Below, in pieces: positions 14,050 through 25,315 of a DNA stretch of 64,000 bases. Both the position numbers and the translations under genes were made by a program. The DNA is from the human T2T-CHM13v2.0 reference genome, Homo sapiens. The notes under the pieces are model-generated. The model saw nothing but the letters and a program-made list of their open reading frames with translations. It was not told where the DNA came from and did no database searches. Position 1 is the first letter of the stretch. Each line of letters opens with the position of its first letter. The stretch lies in the NCBI RefSeq assembly GCF_009914755.1, contig NC_060940.1; one strand, given 5' to 3'.

Positions 14050-14880
14050 TGGGTTTTCCTGGGATTTAGCCATGGTTATCGGCCTGGTATCCAGGAGAGA
14101 AGTTAAGGGAGGCTTTTGAAGGGGTTAGCTGTTGCCTTGCCAGGTAGAGGCTTCTAAAGCATCTTTCAGCACAGTGGAGCTCCTACTAGGGAAGAGCCAG
14201 CTACCTGTACAAACCCAGAGAGTATGGAGGCAGAGCAGGCAGGGCAGTGTTGCAGAATCTGTATTCTCAGCAGCATCCATCCAGCTGTCTCTGTCTCATA
14301 TTTTAAAATCTCAAGTTTTTCCCACTAGAACCCTGACCTTTAAATAACAGGCCTACCTTGGTTGAGCACTCAAACATCTCTGAAGTGCTGCAACTATAAC
14401 AATCAGGTCATCAGTCTGCCTTTCAGCTCACTCTGCCCTTCCATTAGAGAACACAGTTTGTTTTTTTTTCTTTTTCTTTCTTTCTTTTTTTTTTTTTTTT
14501 TTTTGCTAGCTACCACAGAGGCTCTCTGGGCCTCGCTTTACCATTAATTGTTTGATAATAGCCTTCAGTCTGTCAGTATTTTTCTGCAGGGCATCAATAC
14601 CACTAGGTAGTAACCAGCCAACTCTCCTGACTTTGAAGCATGGTTGGCTCCATATTTTCCAATTGCTTATATCACTACATTTGATACAGCATTTCCTCCC
14701 ACTGGGATATTCTTCTATGTCCCAGCAAAATTTTTAGCAACCGAGCCACCACCTTTGGTCAAGGACTAACCATGTTCCATCTACCAGTCAGGACACCATC
14801 TTCACCTGCTGGGCAGTGGGTGAGCCAGTCTTAAATTCCCATGTTACCGCTTGTTTTCTTGCACCACTGCTGGCCTCGCT
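14050..14880 (-). mobile_element. ERVL internal 5' region (ERV3-16A3_I-like) with decayed gag start
   Basis: Directly abuts the LTR at 14881. The minus strand reads ...gccagcagtggtgcaag... then MGI*DWLTHCPAGEDGVLTGRWNMVSP*, resembling an ERVL gag N-terminus with Trp codons turned to stops. Confidence 0.6.
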
Positions 14881-15350
14881 TGTATTAGTCCCAGTCCTCT
14901 GAGAAGCAGACAGCAAGACAAGGTCAAATATGCATGGATTTCATTATGGAAAATGCCTTTGAAAGAAAATGGTGAGGGAGCTAGAGAAGGTTGGAGGAGA
15001 CATCAGACCACAGTGCAAGTCTGACCCCCAAGTGAAGGAGAGAGGGACAAATGTTGGGTGGAAGTGTCCTAGACTGTCATGCTGTGTAAGGAAGGTTCAC
15101 AAGACCACCAGGGAGTTCTTGAACCAAACTTGGCTGTTAGAGGAGTCTCTCACTTCCCAGGAAAGGGGCTTGTCTTGGTATTCCTGCTGTTCTCAGACGT
15201 TAGTTGGATGCAGTCCATGGGAAGCATGGCCTCTGTGCAAATGCAATAATAGATTTTCAGGAAGCTCTTGGGATTTTGGTCAATTATACTCTCTGTAGCT
15301 GGAAGTCTATGAGACGCATTTTTCTGGTCATCACAAATAGGATCAGCACA
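14881..15350 (-). mobile_element. ERVL LTR (LTR16 group)
   Basis: tgtattagtcccagtcctctgagaagcagac...catcagaccacagtgcaagtctgacc. Confidence 0.7.
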
Positions 15351-16218
15351 ATACCTGTAAGTCTCCATGTTAGCGACAGTTATGATTTCCTTACATACTT
15401 CTACATTTAGGGTGTTGCTGATTTGTAGTTTGATAAATAATGCTGCTTTGAGCATTGACATAATTCATTGTTTCCTTAGGACAGATGTTTGGAATTAGAA
15501 TGGTGGGGCAAGAGGATGTGAACATTAACATTCTTGATACAAGGTTGCAAATTGCCTTCCTGAAAGGCAAGACCAATTCACCATGCCCCCCATTCCTTAT
15601 GGAATACAAAGTGCTTGCTTTCCTTACTCATATGAGGTGCTTCTGTGTTCCGGATATATAAGAGGTCATGCTGTGCAATGCAGAGGACAGGTGGAATTCA
15701 TGACACAAGCTGGTGGGAAAGGGAAGACAGAATGATTATGGGTACAATGTGGAATGATTTCTATATGAGCTTAGTTTGACTGAGATGGTTAGTTTGGGAG
15801 AGAGAGGGTCATGGATGACGTGGACATAGCAGAGGGAAAGCTCCACCTTATAACCTCCTCATGCCATCCATATGTTGGAGAGGTCTTGTGTGTTTCCTAT
15901 AAGAGGCTTCCTGGCCAAAATGTCACACTGTGAGTTCTATGGGGAAGCCTATGAATACCTTGCCTACTGCTGTGTTTCTGCCACTTGGCATATATAATAA
16001 AACAGATGTCCTGTATTTACATTTGAGTTTTAGAGAAAGAGAGAGCGCAACGGTTTTCTAGGAGCATATCGTATGAGTGTCAGTGCGGAGTAGTGGGAAG
16101 TGCTCTGTATTTACCTGGGGTTGAATTCTGGTTCTGCAGGAGACCTGCTGAACCTCTGAGTCTCCATTTCATCAGACTCAGTGTAAAATGTAGTAGCAGA
16201 TGGAAGTAGAGGCATTTA

Positions 16219-16340
16219 TCTTCCCTTCCTGCTTCCCCCTTCTCCCTTCCCCTTCCCCCTTCTCCTTCCCCTTCCCCTTCCCCCTTCCTCTCCCCCTTCC
16301 CCTTCCCCTTCCCCTTCCCCTTCCCCTCCCTCTCACTCTC
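16219..16340 (+). repeat. (CCCCTT)n polypyrimidine low-complexity tract
   Basis: About 120 nt that are almost exclusively C/T. Confidence 0.95.
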
Positions 16341-16757
16341 AGCTGCCTGTTTTCTATTCCCCCTTCCTAAGAAACCCAATCTGCCTTTTGGGGGAATTAT
16401 CTCTCCCTAAAATGCAGTCTTAGTGGATTAATAATCCATGGTTCCTATCAACCTTCTGGACTAGACCAGGGACAGGCATGCGATCTAGGATATGGAATTT
16501 TGCATAGAAGGATACAGTTACAAGATTCCATGGCTGATGATTCAATCCAGTTGTTGAGGGATGGGGGAGAACTTAGGTGATAATAATGAACAATTTCTTC
16601 TACCAGGAGCATCTGTCTGTTTAAATCCTAGTTCTTCAGTCTCCCCACTAATGAGCTCCTTTTAATAAATTCCTTTTCTGTTTTAGTCAGTTGCTGTTGA
16701 TTGCAACCAAAGACCCCTAACTGATAAACATTTATGCTCAAGGTTTTTGACTTTGTG

Positions 16758-16758
<1 letters not shown>

Positions 16759-16794
<36 letters not shown>
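16759..16794 (+). repeat. T36 homopolymer
   Basis: 36 consecutive T. Confidence 0.97.
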
Positions 16795-16801
<7 letters not shown>

Positions 16802-17204
16802 TTCAATGAAAATGTCTACTAGCTTAATCAGAGTCTAAAAAAACTGGGATTGGCAACGGGGAGAATCTTGATTTCCAGTTTTCATCTTTTTCTTCCATTT
16901 TACAACTTCTGCCTTCGTATCTTTTCTAGCAACTGTCCTGTTCCTCCAACCGCAATTTTTAACTTCCAAAATGCTTCATAAGCATGGTGAAATTATCCAT
17001 ACTTATATGCTGTGCTGTAGAATTCCTTTGGAGAACACACAATATGAATTGAAAGGAGCTGGGAATTAACTTATCATCTGTTTTGAAGAGATGTGTGGGA
17101 TGTGGGGCGGAGTTTTTTGATTGTGGCTTGAAAATTGATTCTAATTGCTGTTTTTATTGCTGGTTTAGCTGATGCTACTTTCAGTTATTTACATTTTCTG
17201 TCTT

Positions 17205-17503
17205 TTTTTATTTTTATTTTTTAGACAGGGTCTCGCAGTGTTGCCCCAGCTGGAATGCAGTGGTGTGATCACAGCTCACTGCAGCCTTGACCTCCTGGGC
17301 TCAAGAGATCCTCCCACCTCAGCCTCCTGAGTAACTGGGACTACAGGTGCGTGCCACCACACCCGGCTAATTTTTGCATTTTTTATAGAGACGGGGACCT
17401 ACTGAGTTGCCCAGACTGGTTTCAAACTGTTGGGCTCAAGCGATTAGCCTGCCTTATCCTCCCAAAGTGCTGGGATTAAAGGTGTGAGCTACCACAACTG
17501 GCT
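17205..17503 (-). mobile_element. AluJ
   Basis: J-type motifs (cacagctcactgcagccttgacctcctgggctcaag); flanking repeat tgtctttttt. Confidence 0.93.
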
Positions 17504-18439
17504 CTATGTCTTTTTAAAATGACTTAGGCAATGGCATATTTGACTCCACCCCAAATATATTTATTCAAACATTGAAAATATATCTACATACTCATGTGGC
17601 TGGGCAATTTAGAAGACAACTCAAACCCAACAATTCCAGATATACTTAAAATACTGAGACTAAAGTATCCTCTGATGAGGGTAGTGCTTGAATATCTGAA
17701 TAATTATCTTAAATACTGAACAATTCAGTTACCTCTGAGTACAAAGATACATCTATAGTACAGTGGTTTAGGGAATTGACTTTGGATTTAGATAGACCTT
17801 GGTTTAAACCCTAGCTCTGCTTGTTATAGACTGCATTGTAGGGAAATTAGTTTTCTCAACAGTAAAGGGAATAACAATGCTATTAGCCTAGGCTTATCCT
17901 ACTTCATTCTTCAGACCTTTATTCTGGGATGCTTTCCTTAATATGTCACCCTCAACCTCAGCCCAGGTTGGACTCTTGTTATGCATGCTCACAGGACTGT
18001 GTTTATTCTCCCAGAGACCCGGTTACAGCTTGCATGGGTACACTTTTTTATTAGATTATTTGATTACGTCTTCCCCAGCTCCCTGTATCACACTGCGCTG
18101 TAAGCACCGTGAGGTTAGGGACAACCATATCTATCTCCTTCCCCATTTATTCTCAGTGCCTAGCTCCTGGTTGGCACTCAATAAATATTTATGGAATGAC
18201 TGAATAAATGGAAAAATTCTTTCCCATAGGGGATTCACTGAGACAATGAATATAAAGTACAGTGGCTGGTACATAGTAACAACTGAGTAAATGTAGTCTC
18301 CCCCAAAGAAAAACTGCAAAAAAAAAAAAAAAAAATCCAAACAACAAAATCCCAAACACCCTCAACAATCAAACCACATGTCATATAAGAAATAAAATAT
18401 TTATAGGTTGTTGTCTTCATTAAGATGCTGACTTTTCAG

Positions 18440-18836
18440 AGTAAGTTATGCTCTTGAATCAAACCACAGCTGATTTTAGTAATTTAAAATAAGTTTATTT
18501 CTTGCTCATGTGGCAATCTGATGAAAGTCAGGTTCATGGTGGCCCTATGACTCTCCTAATAAGCTAAGTGGGCCTGAAGGGTCTCCCATCAGCAATTAAG
18601 TGCTTGAATTTGGAAGTGATACAGGTCATTTCTACTCAAAGCCCATTGGTCAGAATTAGTCATATGACCTCTTCTAGATACAAGTCAGGCTAGTCTCCTG
18701 TGTGTCTAAAAGGAGAGGGGCCAGGCACAGTATCTTATGCCTGTAATCCCAGTGCTTTGGGAGGCCAAGGTGGGAAATCACTTGAGCCCAGGAGTTCAAG
18801 ACCAGCCTGAGTGACAAAGCAAGACCCTGTCTCTAC

Positions 18837-18868
<32 letters not shown>

Positions 18869-19090
18869 AAGCTGGGCACAGTGACATGTACTTGTAGTTC
18901 CAGCTACTCTGGAGGTTGAGGTGGGAGGACTGCTTGAGCCCAGAAGTTTGAGGCTGCAATGAGCTATGATCATATCATATCCCTGTATTCCAGCCTGGAT
19001 GACAGAGTAAGACACTGTCTCAAAAAAAAAAGAAAAAAAAAGAAAAAGAAAAGAATTGGATATCAGTCAACATTAGTAATGTCTACTGTA
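18440..19090 (-). mobile_element. MLT1 (K/L-like) MaLR LTR interrupted by AluJ
   Basis: aataagtttatttcttgctcatgt...cccattggtcagaattagtcatatgacc...aatgtctactgta. Confidence 0.6.
18718..19054 (+). mobile_element. AluJ
   Basis: Dimer with cacttgagcccaggagttcaag and an expanded A linker. Confidence 0.93.
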
Positions 19091-19451
19091 GGCTGTTAAA
19101 TGAAGCTAAGCATACACTTTTCTTTAAAATGCAGTGCCTGGGCCAGGGTAGAGGTTCTATAAATACTTGTTGATGAAATACAGGCTTGAGTATTCTACAT
19201 ACTAAATGCTAACAGACTTAAACGAAGTGGCTACGGGTGGAAGTAATATTCATGGTCAAAATTTACAATGCTAGACTGTGCCAGGAGGTCTTTCTGCTTG
19301 GATGGTTTACGGGCTAAGGTGAAGGGTCTCAGTGCCAAACTGAAGAGGCCAAAGAGCATACCAGGGGTTGGTCCCTTAGAGAAAGAAGACAAAGGTTCTT
19401 TCTTCTTTCCTCCTGTTCCTTGGAGATGGATGAGATGTGCTTTTGGCTGGC

Positions 19452-20184
<733 letters not shown>

Positions 20185-20648
20185 ACTAGTCAAATTCCAG
20201 GATGTTGCATTGACCTATAGTGTTTAGGGTCACAGTCTGCTTCTCTTCTGGGGTCTCATCTCTTCAGAATTGTTCTCTTGCTTTTGAGTAAAATAGGCAT
20301 AATAATAGTATCTACTTCAAGGTTTGATATGAAGATTAAAAGAGTTACTACATTTGAAGTACTTAAAATAGCACCTGGCACAGAGCAAGTACCCACTAAG
20401 TATTAGCATTACTGGAAGTACTTGTTGTCATTACTTTTTCAAATCATGATCACTTCTATTAGGCTGGACAATCTTTCTTTATTTGTCTCCTAATAATATT
20501 AGCTGCTGCTTACTCAGTACTTGCTGTGTGCCCAGCACTGTGCTAAAGGCTTTATATGTATCACTTCATTTAATATGACAGCAATGCTAAGAGATCAAAT
20601 CTGTTGTTATCCTGAAGGTATAGAGTGGTAGAAACAGGGATGATACTA

Positions 20649-20959
<311 letters not shown>

Positions 20960-22027
20960 TTATTTTTTTAACAAACTGAGAAGCAATGGCAATGAAAGGT
21001 CTAGGACACCCTTGGCCCTGCCAGATATTAAGAGTTAGTTCCTAATCCGTAGGGATTAGAAGGAGGGCCCAGAGTGATGGGAGTGACTCTGGGAGTTCAG
21101 GGAAATAACTCTAACCAGTAGAATTATTTCAACATGTTAATAGCTGACGAGACTGTACAGAGGCATCCTGGTTCATTGTCTGCCCTGGAGGGACCTGGGG
21201 GTGACTGTCCCAGATCCATGTTCTTAAATATTTGCTAGCGATAAGGCTAGAGAGCCTCATTTTACAGACAAGAGATTGAGAACCAGAGAAGGCAAGAGAC
21301 TTTCATGAGGTCACGCAGCGAGCAGGTTGGTGAAGTAGCCTGACTCCTGATTCCTAGGTCTCTGTGTAAATTAAGTTCCTTTTTCCTGCACCTCTCACTG
21401 CTAGTCAAGAAGCAGCAGCCCAGCTCATGGAGAACGGCAAACTGGGATCCCAGTAGGATCCCAATGCTGCAGGGCTCTGTCTCCCTCTTTTGCTCACCTG
21501 GCTGGGGTGGGTAGACTGAGGGCTTGGCCACCTCTCAAACTCTTATGCTGTCTATTCTGACAATGATGGCAGAGGGAAGTGGCCACTGTCTGGGACAGAC
21601 TGGCCTGGGGGTTGAGCCCACTCAGCAGGCAGATCTTCAGGTGCCTTTTCCCTCACTGAGCACTCCAGCAGGCCCAGATGCCAGGTAGCTGAGTCGGCCC
21701 TGGATGTGGTGAAAGACTCAGAGGCACATGGGGATGTACCAGACCAGAGCACTCACCTGTCCTCTTTCCTGACCTGAAAGAGAGACACACAGAGGCAAAT
21801 GAGAGAAAGACCAAGAGGTAAAGCCAAAGAGACAAAGAGCTACATAGAGAACTGAGCAACAGAGCCAGAGGCAGAAAGACCCAGAGATGCAGAGTTAAGA
21901 CAGATAGTCAGATGGAGCTCAAGAGAGATGAAGAAGGAACAACAGAAAAACACCAGCGAGGATGACAGGGAAAAGCAAAGAAAGGCAGAGTGAAAGAAAC
22001 AGGAACAGTAAGAGAGGGAGGGGTGTT

Positions 22028-22325
22028 GGCGGGGTGCTGTGGCTCACACCTGTAATCCCAGCACTTTGGGAGGATGAGACGGGTGGATCACGAGGTCAGG
22101 AGTTCGAGATCAGCCTGGCCAACATAGGGAAACCCCATCTCTATTAAAAATACAAAAATTAGCTGGGCATGGTGGCAGATGCCTGTAGTCTCAGCTACTC
22201 GGGAGGCTGAGGCAGGAGAATCGCTTGAACCCAGGAGGCGGAGGTTGTGGTGAGCCGAGATCACGCCACTGCACTCCAGCCTGGGCAACAGAGTGAGACT
22301 CTGTCTCAAAAAAAAAAAAAAAAAA
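22028..22325 (+). mobile_element. AluS (Sg/Sx-like)
   Basis: Full dimer with A-tail. Confidence 0.95.
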
Positions 22326-22600
22326 GATGGAGGGGTGGAGGGAGAGAAAGAGAGGAAGAGAGAGAGGAGGAGGGGAGAGAGGGGGTAGAGGGGGAGAAAG
22401 AGAGGGAGGAAGAGAAGCAGAGAGAGGGGGAGAGAGGGGTAGAGAGACGGAGAGGGAGAGGAGGAGGATAGAGGAAGAGAAGGAGAGAAAGAAGAGAGAG
22501 AGATGAAGAGAGAAGCAAGAGAAGATAAAGGGAGAGGGAGGAGGTAGAGAAGAGGGGAGAGAGAGGAAGAGGGGAGAGAGAAAGAGGAAAGGAGAGACAG
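22326..22600 (+). repeat. GA-rich polypurine low-complexity tract
   Basis: About 275 nt, nearly all G/A. Confidence 0.93.
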
Positions 22601-22819
22601 AATGACTGATACAGGGGTATAGGGGTACAGGAGAGGCTGGCAGGTGATGTAGCCAGTGATATGGGGAGTAGAACCGCAAAGGGCTTGTGAAGAAGAAAGA
22701 AAAATTAGGAGAAAGGCCATTGGGGCAGGTGGAAGGGAGGAGGACTAGGACACAGAGAAGACTTTTCGTGGCATTCGTGGCTCTGTTTGTTATGACAGGG
22801 GCAGAAATACAGACTCAGA

Positions 22820-23095
22820 CACCCACGGCGGCCCATTAGTCCCCACTGCCCCGCCGCTCTGCCAGACGGCCGCCCCTTCTAGGTCTGTTGCCTCTGAGCC
22901 TTATTTATTGCTCCAAAATCTGGGACCATGGGGAGTCCCTGCTGGGAAGCTCAGGCGGAAGCTTCCATCTAAATCCTGGACTCGGCTTCCAGCCACTGCA
23001 GCTGAACAGGAGGGACAGTGGGAGGACAGAGCTTGATTTGTACCATGGCTTTTTCACACATGGAGGGTGGTGTCTTTTTTCTGGAAGCGGTAAGA
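22820..23095 (+). promoter_or_regulatory. Small CpG/GC-box cluster, candidate enhancer or ncRNA promoter
   Basis: Non-repeat CpG cluster with ccccgcc, ccgcccc and ggcggaag; donor-like CG|GTAAGA at 23089/23090. Confidence 0.3.
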
Positions 23096-23479
23096 AGATT
23101 CTGTGCTGTCCCTAGGGATGTAAGTCTTGACCTTATTCCTTTCCACTAAAGAAACAATTTAAAAATCCAAAGCCAATTTCCTAATACCACTCTGGGCATT
23201 TTAACCAGAGTTGAAGCTACTGAAAATACAGTAGCTACCATGCTAGGAATGTTGTAAGGATGATCTCATTTATCCCTGTATAATGCTATGAGGAAGGTTC
23301 TATTATCTTCCACTTTTGCAGGTGATCTAACAGGCTCAGGGAGGTGAAGAAACTTGCCCAGGATTCTGTTTCTGTATATACCAGAGTCTGACCTGTCTGG
23401 CTGTGTTTCTTAGTCACTGTGCCATCCTGCCCCCGCCTCCCACCACCATTAAACAGATGAAGACATCGGGGCTTGTCAA

Positions 23480-23635
23480 TTTTTTTTAATACAATAATTT
23501 TATTATTTTTTAAAATTAGATATGGAGTCTTACTGTGTTTGCCAGGTTGGTCTTGAGCTCTTGGCCTCACGCAATCCTCCCGCCTCAGCCTCCCAAAGGG
23601 CTATGTTTACAGGTGTGAGCTACCATACCTGGCTG
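23480..23635 (-). mobile_element. FLAM / Alu left monomer
   Basis: A single left monomer directly joined to a T-rich tail. Confidence 0.85.
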
Positions 23636-23639
23636 GTTC

Positions 23640-24124
23640 TTTTTGTTTGTCTTTTAACTTTTATGTTTAAGTTTGGGAGTACAAGTGCAGGTTTGTTACA
23701 TAGGTGAACTTGTGTCATGGGTGTTTCTTGTACTGGTTATTCACCACCCAGGTATTATGTCTGGTACCCATTAGCTATTTTTCCTGATCCTCTCCCTCCT
23801 CCCATTCCTCATCCTCCCCCTCCTCCCATTCCTCATCCTCCAAAAGGCCCCAGTGTGTGTGATTTCCCTCTATGTGTTATGTGTTCTCATAATTGAGCTG
23901 CCATTTGATAAGTAAGAATATGCAGGATTTGGCTTTCTGTTCCTGTGTTAGTTTGCTAAGGATAATGGCCTCCAGCTGCATCTGTGTCCCTGCAAAGGAC
24001 ATGATACCGTTCCTTTTTATGGCTGCATAGTATTCCATGGTGTATGGGTACCACATTTTCTTTATCCAGTCTGTCATTGATGGGCACTTAGGTCAATTCC
24101 ATGTCTTTGCTATTGTGAATAGTG
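23640..24124 (-). mobile_element. L1PA (older, PA13-like) 3' fragment
   Basis: Antisense 3' UTR plus ORF2 end (ORF 23877-24077: WIKKMWY.YTMEYYAAIKRN). Confidence 0.92.
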
Positions 24125-24709
24125 AGGCTTGTCAGTTCTAATCATTTGCCCAAAGTCACGTGGGTAGAAAGGTGCAGAATGAGGATTTAAACCCAGTAGG
24201 GAATTAGACCTCAGTAGGTTTGCTTAATTTCAGTGCGTCTGCTCTTATCCCCTATGCATTGGCTTGGGGATTTTCAGAAATAGGTACTCCCTCCAGGTGC
24301 TTCAGGCACCGGTTTGTTGTGCCTCATGAAGTAAAGAGAGCAAAAGCTCCAACAGAACTACACACTTAAAAATTGTTGCAGTAGTGAATTTTATGTTACA
24401 GGTATCTTACCATAATTGGAGGTTAAAAAAATTGTGTGTGTGGGTCTGCTGAGGTTTGAAAAATTTTTGTAAACCTCCAATTGTCGCTGTCTGTGGAGTA
24501 TGGTTAATCCATTCTCATCTAGTCGTCATGCTATTTTCATGATGCAGCTTTGCCTACTTGCTGCACTGACCTCCCTTTACCTCCAGATCTTCGTTCCTGC
24601 AGATTCACAGCTTCTGTTTCCTTGGGTCTTCTGTTGTATTGTGGCCTTCTGTTTCCTGCTTTCTCTGAGTGCCTCACTACTTCCAACATTCTCTCTCTCT
24701 CTCTCTCTC

Positions 24710-24825
24710 TTAGATGGTGCAAAATTAATCGCGGTTTCTGCCATTAAAAGTAATGGCAGAAACCGCGATTAATTTTGCACCAACCTAATGGCAGAAACCG
24801 CGATTAATTTTGCACCAACCGAATA
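24710..24825. mobile_element. MADE1 (Hsmar1-derived MITE, miR-548-type hairpin) with a duplicated right arm
   Basis: tggtgcaaaattaatcgcggtttctgccatta-aaag-taatggcagaaaccgcgattaattttgcacca; 24751-24785 is repeated exactly at 24786-24820. Confidence 0.95.
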
Positions 24826-24869
24826 TCTTCATCAAGTCAACCGTCCTAGGAGAAAAGATCAGATTGAAT

Positions 24870-25315
24870 GGCATCTTAGGTTGGGTTTCCTGGAAACAGG
24901 CTCTCAGGTGTAGATTTGCCTGCAGGGACTTTTTTGAGGGAGAGCTTTTGGGATCAGCATTATGGGTGGAGTGCAGACAATGGTACTGGGCGGAAGAGAT
25001 GTTGGACTTTGACGCAGTCTCAACAGAGGCCTCAGCCAATACCATGGGGATGCTTTGGAGCTGGAATTGTGTTCAGATTTATCCCCTTCAAGCAAGAGGT
25101 TCAGGTCTTAATATTTCTGACACTGGTCTGTTATTAGATATGAGCTGCCCTTAGTGGGGGGTATGACTGCAGGTGAGGTGGCTTTCTTTCACTGAGGGTG
25201 ATTTTCAGAGATGGACTGAGCTGACATCTGTTGGCTACCAGTACTCCCACCAGCTAGGGGAATGTGAGCCTCAGTCCTGAGGGGAGGTCTGGGTGGTACC
25301 CCACAACATCCTCTG
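24870..25315 (-). mobile_element. LTR16-group ERVL LTR
   Basis: tcttaggttgggtttcctggaaacag...cagaggcctcagccaataccatgggg...ctcagtcctgaggggagg. Confidence 0.72.

Noticed and set aside
16759-16794. Orphan T36 as a possible retrocopy tail
   Set aside because: No adjacent element body or TSD found; treated as a homopolymer.
21441-21454. 14-bp perfect palindrome actgggatcccagt
   Set aside because: A few palindromes of this length are expected by chance in 64 kb.
22088-22720. Longest ORF (210 aa, minus strand) and its overlapping ORFs
   Set aside because: Read-through of a low-complexity CT tract into an antisense Alu, giving an S/L/P-rich artefact.
22860-22890. Possible CTCF site
   Set aside because: The spacing does not fit the CTCF core on either strand.
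24751-24820. 35-bp direct repeat resembling a CRISPR repeat
   Set aside because: Only two adjacent copies with no spacer, no cas genes, and eukaryotic DNA; explained by MADE1.
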